A stretch of DNA of 62,988 bases, filler included, from Octopus bimaculoides (Eukaryota): the NCBI RefSeq assembly GCF_001194135.2. It is 5 parts of 4 records of this genome, joined end to end, with 100 filler letters (N's around TTAATTAATTAA, not from the genome) between each part and the next. Parts side by side here need not be neighbours in the genome. Positions count along the whole stretch, not along the records: positions 25,177 to 46,354 come from NC_068984.1; positions 46,455 to 58,089 come from NC_069003.1; 3 more parts are not named here. One strand, 5' to 3'. Under the pieces are notes generated by a model that was given only the letters and a program-made list of their open reading frames with translations, searched no databases and was not told the origin of the DNA. This document shows positions 38,374-52,345 of the stretch, piece by piece (the first letter of the stretch is position 1; each line of letters begins with the position of its first letter). The position numbers and the translations under genes are program-made.

Positions 38374-39439
38374 TGAATGTATATGTGTGTACGTGTGAGT
38401 ATGTGTGTGTATACAGGCAATCTTAACCTCCAGCTTAGCGTGGAAGTTATGTTAGAAGACAGAATACTGCGTTGCCTACCTTCAAAAGATCCTCTCAAAG
38501 TAAATGGCGTGTATGTATGTATGTATGTATGTATGTATGTATGTATGTATGTATGTATGTATGTATGTGTGTATGTATGTATGTACGTCATTATTCAGTT
38601 TGTTTCAAGATTTCTTGCCAATAGAGAAAAAAAACGTTTTTAACCTTGATCCAAGGGTCCTTCATTGGAATTTCAACATCAACAACGGGTATATTTGTTT
38701 GTGTGTATTACGTATGTATGTTTGTGTGTGGTAATAGAGTAAGTGCGTGATATATTCGGATTATGGATTAGTATTAACAATGCTCTCCTCACCATCGCCT
38801 TCGCGGATGAAATGTGTACTAACTGTACTATTTATGTTTAGAAAAATTCATTATACATTATTGTGCATCTTTGTCAACATACATCAAGGAATTCGAAACT
38901 AGCAAATTTCATGTGATAATATCTTAAGAGAATTTACTGGTGCTACTATTGATATTTTATAAGAAGTGCTTGTGGGTAACCTTTCAATGTCTTTATAGAA
39001 GTAATTCTATAATATCCGTCGTACGAGTTACAAATGTGTTGCTACCATTCCTGTCTTAGAATCTGTCATTTCTTAAATTCTCATCTCTTTTCAGGTTAGT
39101 ATTATAGCCATTTCGCAATGCTACAGTATTATACTTGTCATGGAAAACTATGTCAAACTTATTACGTGATATTTCGTTATATGTTTGTTGCCCATAGGTT
39201 CCATAGTATATTCGTATTGTCATCTTCTAATATCTGTATCACTTGGCGTTTTCAGTAAAAAGTTGAAACTGGATGTCTAAACATATGTACAGAATTTCAC
39301 AAGGCTACTGTGTTTCCGAATATACTGTGTAGGAGATAATGTGAAACTTTTTGATAATCTTATGTTTCAGAATGTACACCACATAGGAGAATTTATAATC
39401 TATGTTGTAGATATTATTATTATTCTTTCATATACGCAC

Positions 39440-40880
39440 AACAGATTAAAATGTTGGGAAATAAAAATTCCTTACTTCGGGTTACAAGTAGCTTTAGATG
39501 CCAAGAACCCTCATAAATATTGTAGCTATCTCTAATAACACTGTTTTCCGGAGTTATACTAAACTAGATTTTATGTCTATTTCCTCTATCCATCTGTTCA
39601 AATCTTTGGAGATAGTTCCTAATGCACCTATAACTACAGGGATACATTTTATCCGCACTTTCCATGGCTTCTGTAATTGAATGAGTAGGTCCTGGTACTT
39701 TGCTATTTTCTCTATCCCTCTCATATTGACTTTCACATGATCTGGACTGTAAAGTCAATTATATGGCACCTTCTGTTTTCTTTTCTCACTACTAAACCAG
39801 GCCTTCTACATTCTATTACTCTGTCCGTTTGATTGCTAAAGTCCCACAACATCTTATATTTCTTACTTTCTCGTACTTTACTAGATTGTTGTTCATAACA
39901 ATTATCAGGATGTTCAAATCCTAGCTTTATACATAACTCCCAGAGAAATACTCTCCCTAAGTTGTCATGCCTTTCCTTGTATTCTTTCTGTGCCAGCATG
40001 CTACATTCACTTATTATATGAGCAACACTTACCTCTTTTGATTTACATAACCTACATTGGGAATCTACCCGGTTTTTGTCTGTTTTGGCTTTTTATCCAA
40101 TTAATCCTTAATGTTTGATTTTGTGCTGCTGCTAACAAACTTTCTGTCTTCCTTTTTCAGCCTTCCTTTTCTGCAACCATAATCATATCTCACTATTACT
40201 ATTTCATATGAAGGCGGTGAGCTGGCAGAATCGTTACCACGCTGGATGGTATGCTTAGTGGTATTTTGTCCATCGCTACGTTCTGAGTTCAAATTCTGAA
40301 GTTGAGTTTGCTTTTCATCTTTTCGGGGTTGACAAATTAAATACCAGCGAAATACTGGAGTCGACGTAAACGACACATCCCCTTCCCCAAAATAGCTGCC
40401 CTTGTGGCAAAAATTCAAAATCACTATTACTATTTCCAGCAACTATCTTTGGTAACCTACCAGCAAAGCATTCTCTTCCCAGTCAGATAGTCTTTCTTCT
40501 TTTTCCTGGTTTTTAAGTTTGTTTGGTGTTTTGGTTTCCCTGTGTCGTACTGTGACTCCAGTAGCTCTTAAACGTTCTTCACTCATACCTACATAGGAGG
40601 CTATATCTGCTCTAGGTAACTCTACACAGTCATCTACTGATATTAACCTTCTTCCATCTTCCTTTCTAGGTAAGTATAATCTAGCTATTCCTGATTTTGG
40701 GTGAAGTCCTCCATTGATATTGAATTCCTTCCCAGTTTTTCTGTCCAGATTTGCTTATTCAGTCTTGGTCCAAAACTAGCAGCATGTATGTGTGTGTAGC
40801 AGTGACACTGATATAAAAGAGAAACTGGAAATTTCCTAAGTATGTGCAGTGTAGAGCCGGATGCAAATAAGATAGCAAGT
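39440..40880 (-). mobile_element. R4/Dong-clade RLE LINE, 3' part, interrupted by a SINE
   Basis: HPKSGIARLYLPRKEDG; HIISECSMLAQKEYKERHD; MLWDF...TDRVIECRRP...IIDF; EKIAKYQDL; IPVVIGALGTI. Confidence 0.88.
40206..40421 (+). mobile_element. SINE family B with 15-bp target site duplication
   Basis: AAGGCGGTGAGCTGGCAGAATCG head; CACTATTACTATTTC at 40191-40205 and 40422-40436. Confidence 0.9.
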
Positions 40881-41641
40881 GTAAAAACTTTCTCCAAGGG
40901 TTTATTAGTTACAAAGGCGCTGCAGTTGAGAAGTGCGAATGGAATAGATCAAGGCGGAACTGTTTGAGCCTAATCGCTTTTAGTCATTCTCACATAGCCA
41001 TTATGCAGTTCTCAAAAAATATTTACGTATACATGATATGAAATCGCCAAATCGATGTGCGTTGTACTGAAACTGAATACTCTCTCTTCTTTTTCATCCT
41101 TTTCTCTCTATCTGTTAGTATTTCTATCTCACCGGCATTCCCTCAGACACACACATAAATACAAACAAATGAGAAACAAACACACCTACACACACATACA
41201 CACACACACATACACCCCACACACAAGCATACAGATTATTTATTACCAGAGAGTATTCATTTCAATAATATTCCACATAAGCATGTTAAAATCAGATTCA
41301 AATGCGTTCTAACGTGTTATGCACTCTGATAGATATCTACGTTGTAACGAAGAGTTGATTTCTCGACAGTTTTACTGTAAGGTTTCTATGTTAAAAGAAG
41401 GATTTAATGCGATAATATGCATGCATACATGCATGTATGCATATATATATATATATANNNNNNNNNNNNNNNNNNNNNNNNNNNNNNNNNNNNNNNNNNN
41501 NNNNNNNNNNNNNNNNNNNNNNNNNNNNNNNNNNNNNNNNNNNNNNNNNNNNNNNNNNNNNNNNNNNNNNNNNNNNNNNNNNNNNNNNNNNNNNNNNNNN
41601 NNNNNNNNNNNNNNNNNNNNNNNNNNNNNNNNNNNNNNNNN

Positions 41642-41683
<42 letters not shown>

Positions 41684-44600
41684 TGGAGGCTGGAAGTTCA
41701 GAATCGTAAATGTGGAGTTACAATTATGATGGTCAGTCATGCGATGATATTGCTTCTCAGGTGAAGAAAATTTGAAATGTGAAGACTGAATGGTGTTCTT
41801 CATAGGCGATTACTGCACAGTTGAAGAGTTGTAAAATTTGATTAGTAAGTGATAATGTTGATTCGAGTTGCTTCGGTGTTTATCTAAACATCAGGCTTGT
41901 AACAACTGAGAGCTTTTGAGATGTCTAGACAGCTAAGCTGACTGTAATCTCTTGAAGATTCGTTAGCTTCATTCCAAATAATTTAGTAGAAAATACACAC
42001 ACATACACACGCGCGCTCACACATATACATATACACACACACACACACGTACGCACGCACACACGCGTGCACATACACATATACATGCATGTACGAACTC
42101 ACATGCATACACGCACGCACACACACGCACGCACATGCACGTGTACACTTATATGTACCTTGGTGTTTATGTCTGTTGCTTTTGTTTATACTTTTTCTTG
42201 ATTCCTTGTACAAATATGCGTAAAATGCACGTTTGTAAGTTTGTGTCAGTATTTGTAGTACGTTTTATCTATATCTTTTATACAAAGAAATAGTAAGTAG
42301 TTATTTGATTTCTGTTTGTATATTTTCTCTACAATTACCTATTATTTTTTTTTTTTTTTTTTTTTTTTTACATTCTAAACTGTATTTGGTGAACACTAAC
42401 CTACTTAGACACATGTTCCTCAACTCTTGAGTTACGAGTGATTATCTGTGAAACTGAGTGCAAAAGAGGTATTCTTATTCGAAAACGCTGGGGATTTTTT
42501 CTTTACTTTTCTCTTTTGTAGGGGCGTTTCCCCGATATTCTTCAGATTTGTACACCTTCATATATATATTCAGTGAAAGTTCTTATTACCAAATTCCACT
42601 GCCAGAACATTGATTAATCTGAAGCTATGACTGATAATATTTGTCTAAGTTGTCACACAGTAGGATTTAACCGGGACCACAGTGGGATTTAACCGGGTTA
42701 CCAAGCGATCGACTTAGCCATAGAATTAGGCACTGTTCAGCAGGAGTCTCGGGCATAAGCCTTTATAATTTCACAGATAACTATGTTGATTTTTTTATTT
42801 TCTTCAATTACTCAAAGTCTTACCAAATCACTAGTTCAATTCAGTGAAATTATTTGCTTAGATTGTTTTTTCTTTTTATTTGGGGATAATTCACACATCT
42901 GTTATACCAATCAATACATTTGAGATTAACTATTAATATTAAAAGAAATAAACGACAAAGAAAATAAATGACTATATGAAGATTTTTTTAAAGCTTTATA
43001 TGGTTTTACCTAAATTGTTGACTAAATGCACAATTCTGATTAAACATGTCTGCATAGATCATACATTTAAATAATTAAATAAAAACTACAGTTACTGTAA
43101 GTGGCTTCTTAACTCCTTAGCTACAGATGGAAAAGTGATTCCAACGTTGGTAACTCTTCCAGATTCTAATAGCTTTTGATGTACTTTATACATTGCAAGT
43201 TAGATTAGAAGAAAAACGATAGATGCAATGGCTACTGGGTAAAGATTTTTGCTTACAATTTAGCTATTATATTCCCAATTTATTGGTATAGCAGCGAAAA
43301 ATTCACGATTTTATCTCGTTCCAGAAATTATGTATCATCAAAGCAAGAATATTAAAACCTTGAAATATTTTGGTAAAATTCAGGAACAAAATGATAGTAT
43401 TATGACTGTTTACTGTACCAATATACAGTTACAAATTTTATACTTTCTGTCACAAAATTGATACTAGTGTGGTGAGACGTATTTTGGAAAGAAGTATGAT
43501 GATTACATATTGGTTCTGTAGTCAAAATATTGAACTGCGATATCAATATATCTTACTGAATTTTCTCAAATTGCAGATAATATTCTTGCCAATACGAAAA
43601 AATAAAATAAAGGAGAACAATTGGATGAAATATAGAAGCAGCTTGCTTTCCTGTGAATTATGTATAAGTTCTGCACCAGCTGTCTCCTGTCACTATGAAA
43701 CCTTTCAACGTATATGGAGTCCAATAACGAGGTAGAAATCATAGAATTAGTCTTAAATACTGCAGGTCATTTTATCTGACGCTCTAACGATTCTGACAAT
43801 CCACAAATTTTCCATTATTTAGCTGTCTAGCTGTTGTACCTGTTATTGTTGTCGTTGTGGCGTCGACATCGTTATTGTTGGTGGTGTTGTCATTGTTTAG
43901 CTTTGGTTATTTTGAGTTCTGATAGATAGCATTCCAGCCGTGGCTATCCCATCTTTGTTCAGGCATAATCTATCTAATTTTACATTATCTAACATGTCCT
44001 TCTCTTTTTCAGATACTAGAACGTAGTTTGAAGGACATTTGGCAAGCATTTTACGAAGGCCACCTTGTTGGCTTGGTCATTCTGAGGTAATACGACGTCA
44101 TAAGAAAACATGCTAAAAGAGGAATAGCTTAATTTTGGAATCAGTTCTTTAAAACGTTTTCATATCCTGTTTTCAACAATTTAACTTTTATCATAGCTCG
44201 ATACAAACAAGATTAACCATCTCTGACTCTTATACAACTGATGAAATAACTACATCGAGTGAATGTCATAACAGTTTTTGTCCATACTATTGAAAGAATA
44301 ACAAATTCTTAGCTATTTTTGCCTGTAACATGCCATTTTAATTGGAGTCTCTTATTTGTATTCCATTATAAAAAAAAATATTCCAGGAAAATCAATTTCT
44401 TTATTTCTATTTATTTTAACAAGAAATTCGCCTTAGGTTTTATAAAATAAGCCCGGTGGTTCTATGCACAATTCTATGGCATTAAGGTGTACTATAATAA
44501 CATATAATCTCATTATCGACGATATATACCTAACATTTGTTTTGCCAATGATATATTTTATTTCTTTTAAAATAGTTTCTTTACCTCCAGTGTTTGGTAA

Positions 44601-45026
44601 AGGAACTCAAAATGTAACAGATCCTCTAAGCAGTTGTTCTAATAATAACTCAGTCTCTCACAAAAACAATATGCAGTCTTAAAAAAGTTATATTGGATAA
44701 TGTAATTCTACGTACACAGTACATTTTTTAAAAAATGATACTGTACGACTAGAACGTTCTTTGGCTGTAATTCTTTTCTAAACAAAACCATCAGTACCAA
44801 AAAAATTGTCGAAGATATCGAGAATATAATGTGGATTTTTCTTTGAGATACATTAGAAGTACATCTCAAAATTCATGAAACTTGACAACACTCTATCGAA
44901 ACAGGAAACAATCGTTGACAGCGGATTAGCAGCTAACAAGACAATAGAATAAGTAAGGAGAAGTTAAGCAATAATTGGCGAAATGGTCGGTCCGCTAGAG
45001 TGAAGTGTTTAACTGATGTGGTTGTT

Positions 45027-45216
45027 GTTACTGTTGTTTAGCATTACATCAGCCTTGATGAAGCCAAACTTTCATAAAAGGAGTTCCATTTTTTACTATC
45101 TTGTGGCGAGATGTCACAGCCTAAACACTCTATCTGAAAAAAGTAAGATGGTCATAGCCGGAACATCTTTCATCCAGAGCTTACTCGAGACTGATCTGAA
45201 GCTAAATAACAGCAAC
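45027..45216. mobile_element. MITE-like element with imperfect ~38-bp terminal inverted repeats
   Basis: GTTACTGTTGTTTAGCATTACATCAGCCTTGATGAAGC versus GCTTACTCGAGACTGATCTGAAGCTAAATAACAGCAAC. Confidence 0.5.
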
Positions 45217-46162
45217 AGCAATTATAACTCATGCTGACTAAACTCTAACAGCCTAGATAACGTAGCTGTGAATTGAAATAATTGTTTCTCAATTGTATTG
45301 TCGCTTAAATATTAATCTTCCATAGATCTTGTTGGTTAGTTGTCCGTTACTTAATTGCCCCTGAACCAATGAAATGAATGTTGGATTAGCTCTACGGCAT
45401 AAAAAAGCATATACATAGAAAAGCATATACATTATTTATTCAAACCCTTTATAATTTCTATCACAATTTCAAATTTCTAATACAATTTTTATGCTCACTT
45501 AAATTCTCAGCATAACTATTAAAGCAGTTTAGTACCTTATTTAGTATTAAATTATTAGCCATAACAAACTAAGTATGGAAAGAAGGTTCTTTTAAAATTA
45601 TACAAAATCGGTTTGTAACCAAAGCAGTGCAATTATACATAACTTCCATTATTTTCCTCGCGTAGGGAATGTCTAAAGAAGACTTCAATTTTTAAAAAGA
45701 TTTCCAAAATAAACATGTAAAATAAACAATTAATTTGATATATTAGATTTTAAAAACAATACGCCATCAAGGAACAAGTTTAAAGTACAAATTATCTGAA
45801 AATCAATATAATGTGACACAAAATCTCAATTTCGCAAGTCAGTTTATAAGATATTGTTTGTATATCAACAATGGTTTCGCAAATGTATGAGATTTTATTG
45901 AAAAGGGAAAAATATACATTATAGCCTCTAAAAGTTCAAAGTAACGTATCCACTAAATATAATCGTATCGGTGTAATATCACAGTAAAAATATTTGAAAA
46001 CGCATCTGGTTTTATATTACCGTGTCATTGAAGATTAGTTTACACAGCAACGCTTGTGAGCAAAGGATGCGCTAACCTTTGGGATTTTATCTTACCAGCT
46101 TCAGTCAAAAGTTTTTTCAGGTTTTTCACCAATGAATTTTTGCAGCTTATATCTCCATGATA

Positions 46163-46334
46163 TCTATATATATAAAAATGAGAATGTGTGTGTGTGTGTG
46201 TGTCTGTCTGTCTGTCTGTCTGTCTGTGTGAATCCCTAAAACTCGAGAACTACGCAACCAATTTCATTCAAATTTTACATATGCCTTACTTAGGGTTCCA
46301 GTTGTGTTTTAGTCAAAAAAATTATTAACTTCTT
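46163..46334 (+). mobile_element. Helitron 5' end (same family as 56-200)
   Basis: A|TCTATATATATAAAAATGAGAATGTGTG...; runs into an N-gap. Confidence 0.75.
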
Positions 46335-46712
46335 GCAGAGTTCGAGCACACGACNNNNNNNNNNNNNNNNNNNNNNNNNNNNNNNNNNNNNNNNNNNNTT
46401 AATTAATTAANNNNNNNNNNNNNNNNNNNNNNNNNNNNNNNNNNNNNNNNNNNNGCAGCGTTCGTGTCACAAAGATTTTCATGGCTACAAGACGCCATCG
46501 TCTCAAAAAAAAAAATGGCTAGAAAGCCGAAATTGGTTTTTATATCCTGGAAATGTGCCACACAGGGCAGATTTCCGTCGCAAAAAACTTGCACCAGAGA
46601 GTCTACAAGTTGTTATACAACTTTGTATATAAAATAAACTTTACAAACAAACTTTTTAAAACATGAAAAAGGCAAAACTTACAGAGCCGACACGTCTACC
46701 GTCCGTCCATAG

Positions 46713-46754
<42 letters not shown>

Positions 46755-46997
46755 GCAGGCAGGCAGACAGACAGACAGACAGATAGATAGATAGATAAAT
46801 AGATAGATACTCCTTTCTCTTTTACTTGTTTCAGTCATTGGACAGTGGCGATGCTGGGGCACCATGGGTGACAACCTCACAGGAATATGATCAGACCAAT
46901 GGAACTCAAAGACAGAATGAAATATATCACACCCGGAACCAACCCCTGAGTATGATCTATGGTTTATTTTGGACTTGGTACCTATATATATATATAT

Positions 46998-47036
<39 letters not shown>

Positions 47037-47548
47037 AGATATATATATTTATATAATGTTTTCTTGATGAGACCACAGATGAAACAAAATACATTTTGCC
47101 AAAGTTGAACAGATACAAGTGCATGTGTATATATGTTTATCGTTCCATTTCTCTATGTGTTTCTCTCTCTCTCTCTTTCTGTGTATGTGAATGTATGTAT
47201 ATGTATGTGAATGTATGTATATGTATATATATACACACATATACACACATGTGTGTGTGCACAGACATACATGTATACACATTTACATAAAATTTCATGA
47301 TATCTTCAAAATATTGAATACTAGACTATACATACCTACATGCATTACAACATAACTTATTCCATATGTACGTACACACAGACACACGCACACAAATAGA
47401 CACATGCACACACACACACACACACCATAACCTATATTTTGAACTGTTATTTATGACCAACATTAATTGTCGAAAGTCAAACATAAATTTTCTGTCAGTT
47501 ATAATCTACAGTACTTTTAGTTGTCATATCCTAATTTATGTACATGTA

Positions 47549-47582
<34 letters not shown>

Positions 47583-47837
47583 GATGCATACATGCAGGCT
47601 TACAGATACTGTAATTCAGTAAGTTTATTTGTAAGGAGATTTAGCTGCTATTTCTAGCTGGTTGAATGACTGCATAGAGGCTCCCCTGTTGAGGCAAATA
47701 TTTATGTCATGCATATACATGTAAGTATGTATATGTATGTATATAAGTGTGCATATATGCAAATATGTGAGTATACATACATGTATGTGTGTAAGTATGT
47801 CTGCTGGTGTGTATATATGTGTGTGAGTATGTAGGTC

Positions 47838-48960
47838 AAAATCTTTGGAAATGGATAGAAATGACCATGCTTTAGATGGTTCATAGTGGAGGAAAGGAGG
47901 AAAGCAGTGCATGATGGGAGGAGGGAATATGAGCAAATCATATCAGGTATGAAAGCTCAAGTGAGATGTTCATGAGGGTCTGTATGTGAGTTTACCCAAG
48001 TGTGATGGCACACAAGACAATTGTGTGGGCATGTCTACAAGGTAGTATCAAAAAGTTCCTGGACTAGTTTTGTAGCATGCTAACAGATAGCAGCACGCAG
48101 TCGCATGCCCAGTGAGGGATAGCAGTGACCTTCGTGAGAAAGTGTGCTGAGTGACGTTGCTGGGTTTACTTTGCAAGTTGTGAAATTTGTGATCATGTTT
48201 AGGCCTGTAGTCTGTGATTTTGTCATGGATAGGAAGTTGGAACAGAAAGCCAACGTGAAATTTTGAATTAAACTTGGGAAGTCTGCTACAAAGACATTGA
48301 GCATACTTCGGCAAGCTTATGGCGATGAGGCAATGGGTCATACACAATGGCTGGTATGCAATGCTTCGAGTGGCTCAAGCACTTCAAAAGTGGAAGAACA
48401 TCCCTAGAAGACAATGAGCAGTCTGGAAGACCTACCACAAGTGTCACCCTTGGAAATGTGGTATTGGGAATCAAGAATTTGTCCCTTGGGACCAGACTGT
48501 CAATTGAGAATTCTACTGCAATCCTTTGAAGCATTTGAGGGAGGATATTTGGTGAAAGCGACCAGATCTGTGGAGCATAATGAATTGGATTCTTAACAAT
48601 GACAATACACCCTGTCACCAAGCTCTCCTCACCAAAAACAACATGGTATTACTTCCACACCTGCTCTATTTGCCAGATTTAGTGCCTGTGGACTTCCATT
48701 TCTTCCCCCAAGATGAAAATGTAGCTCAAAGTTGCCATTTTTGATAGCACCTTGTAGACATGCCCACAAGTGTTAAATTTCATATTGGCCTGTGTGCCAA
48801 CACACTCAGGTAAATTCACATACAGATCCTTATGAACATCTCACTTGAGCTTTCATACCTGATATGATTTTGCTCAAATTCCCTCCTCCCATCATGCACC
48901 GCTTTCTTCCATTATGAACAATCTAAAACACAATCATTTCTATCCATTTCTAAATATTTT
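47838..48960. repeat. ~215-bp inverted repeat (47838-48054 and 48738-48960) enclosing the mariner
   Basis: AAATGGATAGAAATG...TCATATCAGGTATGAAAGCTCAAGTGAGATGTTCAT...GTGGGCATGTCTACAAGG is present on both strands. Confidence 0.9.
48036..48756 (+). mobile_element. internally deleted mariner
   Basis: TA|CAAGGTAGTATCAAAAA and TTTTTGATAGCACCTTG|TA ends; MDRKLEQKANVKF*IKLGKSAT...CFEWLKHFKSGRTSLEDNEQSGRP; later APDLVPVDF-like motif. Confidence 0.88.
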
Positions 48961-49477
48961 GGCAGCTCATTGTATATGTATATATGTATATATGTATATA
49001 TATCTATGTGCATGTGTGATTACAATGATACAATGACAATGATGACAACATTTGTACTTGTGCAATGGTCAAATGGCAAGAGACTACTTTATGTAGGTCA
49101 CATTATCAGGACAGTGCCTTTGCATCCACTTCTTTAGGGGCTGGATGGATGGATAGAAACTGGGTTCACAGATGACAAAGACAAAGGAGAAGCAATGATG
49201 TTGAGGACTGGATGGTGGTGGTGGTGGTGGTGGTGTTTGGGTCCTGGTTAAAGGAACAAGTGCAGCATAAGACTACATTGTATGGTAAGGCATGGTGGTC
49301 TGGTCTGGTCTGGTCTGAGCCCACCTCACTCAACTCAGCCGCTAAGATGGAAATATGTATTCATGTACATATACATATGCGTGTATGTATATATATGCAT
49401 GTATGTATGTGTATTGTGAATGCACATCTATGTACATATATATGCATTATATGTGTATGAATGTACAAGTGTATGTA

Positions 49478-49547
<70 letters not shown>

Positions 49548-49682
49548 TATATATAAAATATAAAATATAAAATATAAATATAAAATATAAAATATATAAA
49601 ATATAAGTAGTTCTTTGACTGCTATTTCTAAATTTTCAGTATGTTGGAGAAGCAACTCAATGCTAATCCCTGTATATTTATG

Positions 49683-49724
<42 letters not shown>

Positions 49725-49819
49725 CACACACACACCTATGTATGTGTGTGTATATATATTATATAATATAATATATATTTATATATATTATATAATATAT
49801 ATATAAATAATATGTACAT

Positions 49820-50226
49820 AGACACAGGTGTGGCTGTGTGATAAGAAGTTTGCTTCCCAGCCACATGGTTCCAGGTTCACTCCCACCATGTGACACCTTG
49901 GGCAAATGTTTTCAACTATAGCCTTGGGATGACCAAAGCCCTGTGAGCAGATTTGGTAGACGGTAGCTGAAAGAAGCCCATCGTGTGTGTGTGTGTATGT
50001 GTGTGTGTGTGTGCGTGTGTTTGTGTTTGCCTCCAAGCCCCACTTGAGAACCAGTGTTTGTGTGTTTATGTCCCTTTAAGTAGGGCAGGTCAGCAAAAGA
50101 GACCAATAGGATAACTACCAGGCTTAAAAAAAGCAAAATAAGTCCAGAGGTCAATTCATTTGACTAAAGACTCTTAAAGGTGGTGCCCCAGCATGGCCAC
50201 AGTCTAATGACTGAAACCAAGTAAAA
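49820..50226 (+). mobile_element. SINE family A (old copy)
   Basis: head and tail match family A. Confidence 0.85.
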
Positions 50227-50500
50227 TACATGTATATGTGGATGTGTATGTATATCTATTTAAGTATGATGCATATGTGTATGCTTATATGTATATGTAT
50301 GCCTTATTCTTTTAAGCACACTGGGTCATATATACATATATATACACATGTACACATAAGATGCTGGCTGTCCACTCATGATCAAGGAAAACTATCTATG
50401 ACCATTAAGAATGTTGTGGACAGTCAAATTAATATATATATATATAGTGATGCAGATAAACACAATTAGGCTTGATACACATATATATATATATATATAT

Positions 50501-50755
50501 TCTTTTACTTGTGTCAGTTATTTGACTGCGACCATGTTGGAGCACTGCCATTAGTTGAGCAAATCGACCCCAGGCCTTATCCTTTGTAAGCCTAGTACTT
50601 ATTCTATCATTCCCTTTTGCCGAACTGCTAAGTCACAGGGACGTAAACACACCAACATCAGTTGTCAAGTGATGGTGGGGGACAAACACAGACACACAAA
50701 CATATATATATATATATATATACAACAAGCTTCTTTCAGTTTCCATCTACTAAAT
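50501..50755 (-). mobile_element. SINE family A, 3' part
   Basis: reverse complement of the family A tail. Confidence 0.8.
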
Positions 50756-50766
50756 CNNNNNNNNNN

Positions 50767-50808
<42 letters not shown>

Positions 50809-51308
50809 AAAGCTAAATTCAGAAGATAAACACATATGTACATGCATATAGATATTTTTATATATAAGTGCCAACACACGAAATTCTCAGCCTTTCAGTC
50901 ACTCTGTTGCTTCTGCTAAATATTAATAAAAACATGAAAGATACTTATATTTTGAGTTCTATTTTTCCTGTTTTACATCACCATACATATATATATTGAG
51001 AAATAAATCGACTTTTACATGAGGCATAAAAAAAAAATACAGAAAACTAAGGGGAGATGCATATACACATGTATACATATACACATGCATTCACACATAT
51101 ACACACACTTCTACAAGCTAACATTTCTAATACCAATTATCTGTTGTCAGTCTCTTTGACACATCAAAAATCAACTGATAAATTCACCATTTTGGCCAAA
51201 TTCTATCATTGCTTTTCTCGTTGTTGTTGTAGTTGCTAATGTTTCCCACTCATAAGATACTGTTGTGGCAAATAAATGAAATCATTATTATTACTGTTAT
51301 TGCTGTTG

Positions 51309-51346
<38 letters not shown>

Positions 51347-51348
<2 letters not shown>

Positions 51349-51801
51349 GGTGGTGAGCTGGCAGAACCATTAGCATGCCAGGCAAAATGCTCAGTGACAT
51401 TTCATCTGTCTTTATGCTCTGAGTTCAAATGCCACTGGGGTCGACTGTCTTTCATCCCTTCAGGGTCGATAAATCAAGTACCAGTTGCATACTGGGGTCA
51501 ATCTAAACAACTGGCCCCCCTCCCCCCAAAATTTCAGGCATTGTGTCTATAGTAGAAAGGATTATTATTATTATTATAATTATTATTATTATTATTATTA
51601 AGGTGGCGAGCAAGCAGAATTGTTAGCATGCCAGTGGTATTTTATCTGTCTTCATGTTCTGAGTACAAATGCTGCTGGGGTCAACTTTGCCTTTCATTTT
51701 TTTCAGGGTCAATAAAATAAGTACCAGTTGAGTACTGAGGTTGATGTAATCGACTATACCTCTCCCCCCAAATTTCAGGCCTTGTGCCTTTAGTAGAAAG
51801 G

Positions 51802-51833
<32 letters not shown>

Positions 51834-52345
51834 GGCAATGAGCTGGCAGAATTGTTAGCAGCATCTCATCCATCTTTATATTCTGAGTTCAAGTTCTGTT
51901 GAGATCAACTTTACCTTTCATCTTTTCGGGGTCAATAAAATATGTACCAGCTGAGCACTGGAGTCAATTTAATCAACTAAGTAAGCCCCTCTCCCAAACT
52001 TACTGGCTTTTTGTCAACCCTTTTGGGATCGATAAAATAAGTACCAGTTGATCATTGTGGTCATTGTAATCGACTTAACCCCCTCCCTCGAACTTGCTGG
52101 CCTTGTGCCAAAACTTGAAACCATTATCATGAGGGGCAATGAGCTGGTAGAATCGATCCCATATCGAACAAATGTCTTAACAGTATTTCTTCTGGTTCTT
52201 TTCATTCTGATTTCAAATGCCGCCACAGTCAACTTTGACTTTCATCCTTCCAAGGGGTCGATAAAATAAATAAGTCCCATAGGAGTCAACGTAATTAACT
52301 TACTTTTTCTCTGAAATTACTGGCCTTGTGCCAAAATTTGAAATT
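51347..52345 (+). mobile_element. tandem cluster of family B SINEs separated by (ATT)n
   Basis: copies at 51347-51560, 51600-51801, 51832-52010, 52011-52122 (3' half) and 52132-52345. Confidence 0.9.

Noticed and set aside
42678-42684. CACAGTG heptamer
   Set aside because: Isolated, no nonamer, 33 kb from the RAG1-like fragment; expected by chance.
44920-45000. AGCGGA...GAAATGGTCGG-TCCGCT hammerhead-like remnant
   Set aside because: No recognisable CUGANGA core.
49533-49606. (TATAAAA)n TATA-box-like array
   Set aside because: A simple-repeat derivative of the adjacent (TA)n.
51347-52345. Repeat array considered as CRISPR-like
   Set aside because: Units are ~210-bp SINEs with microsatellite spacers; animal context and no cas genes.
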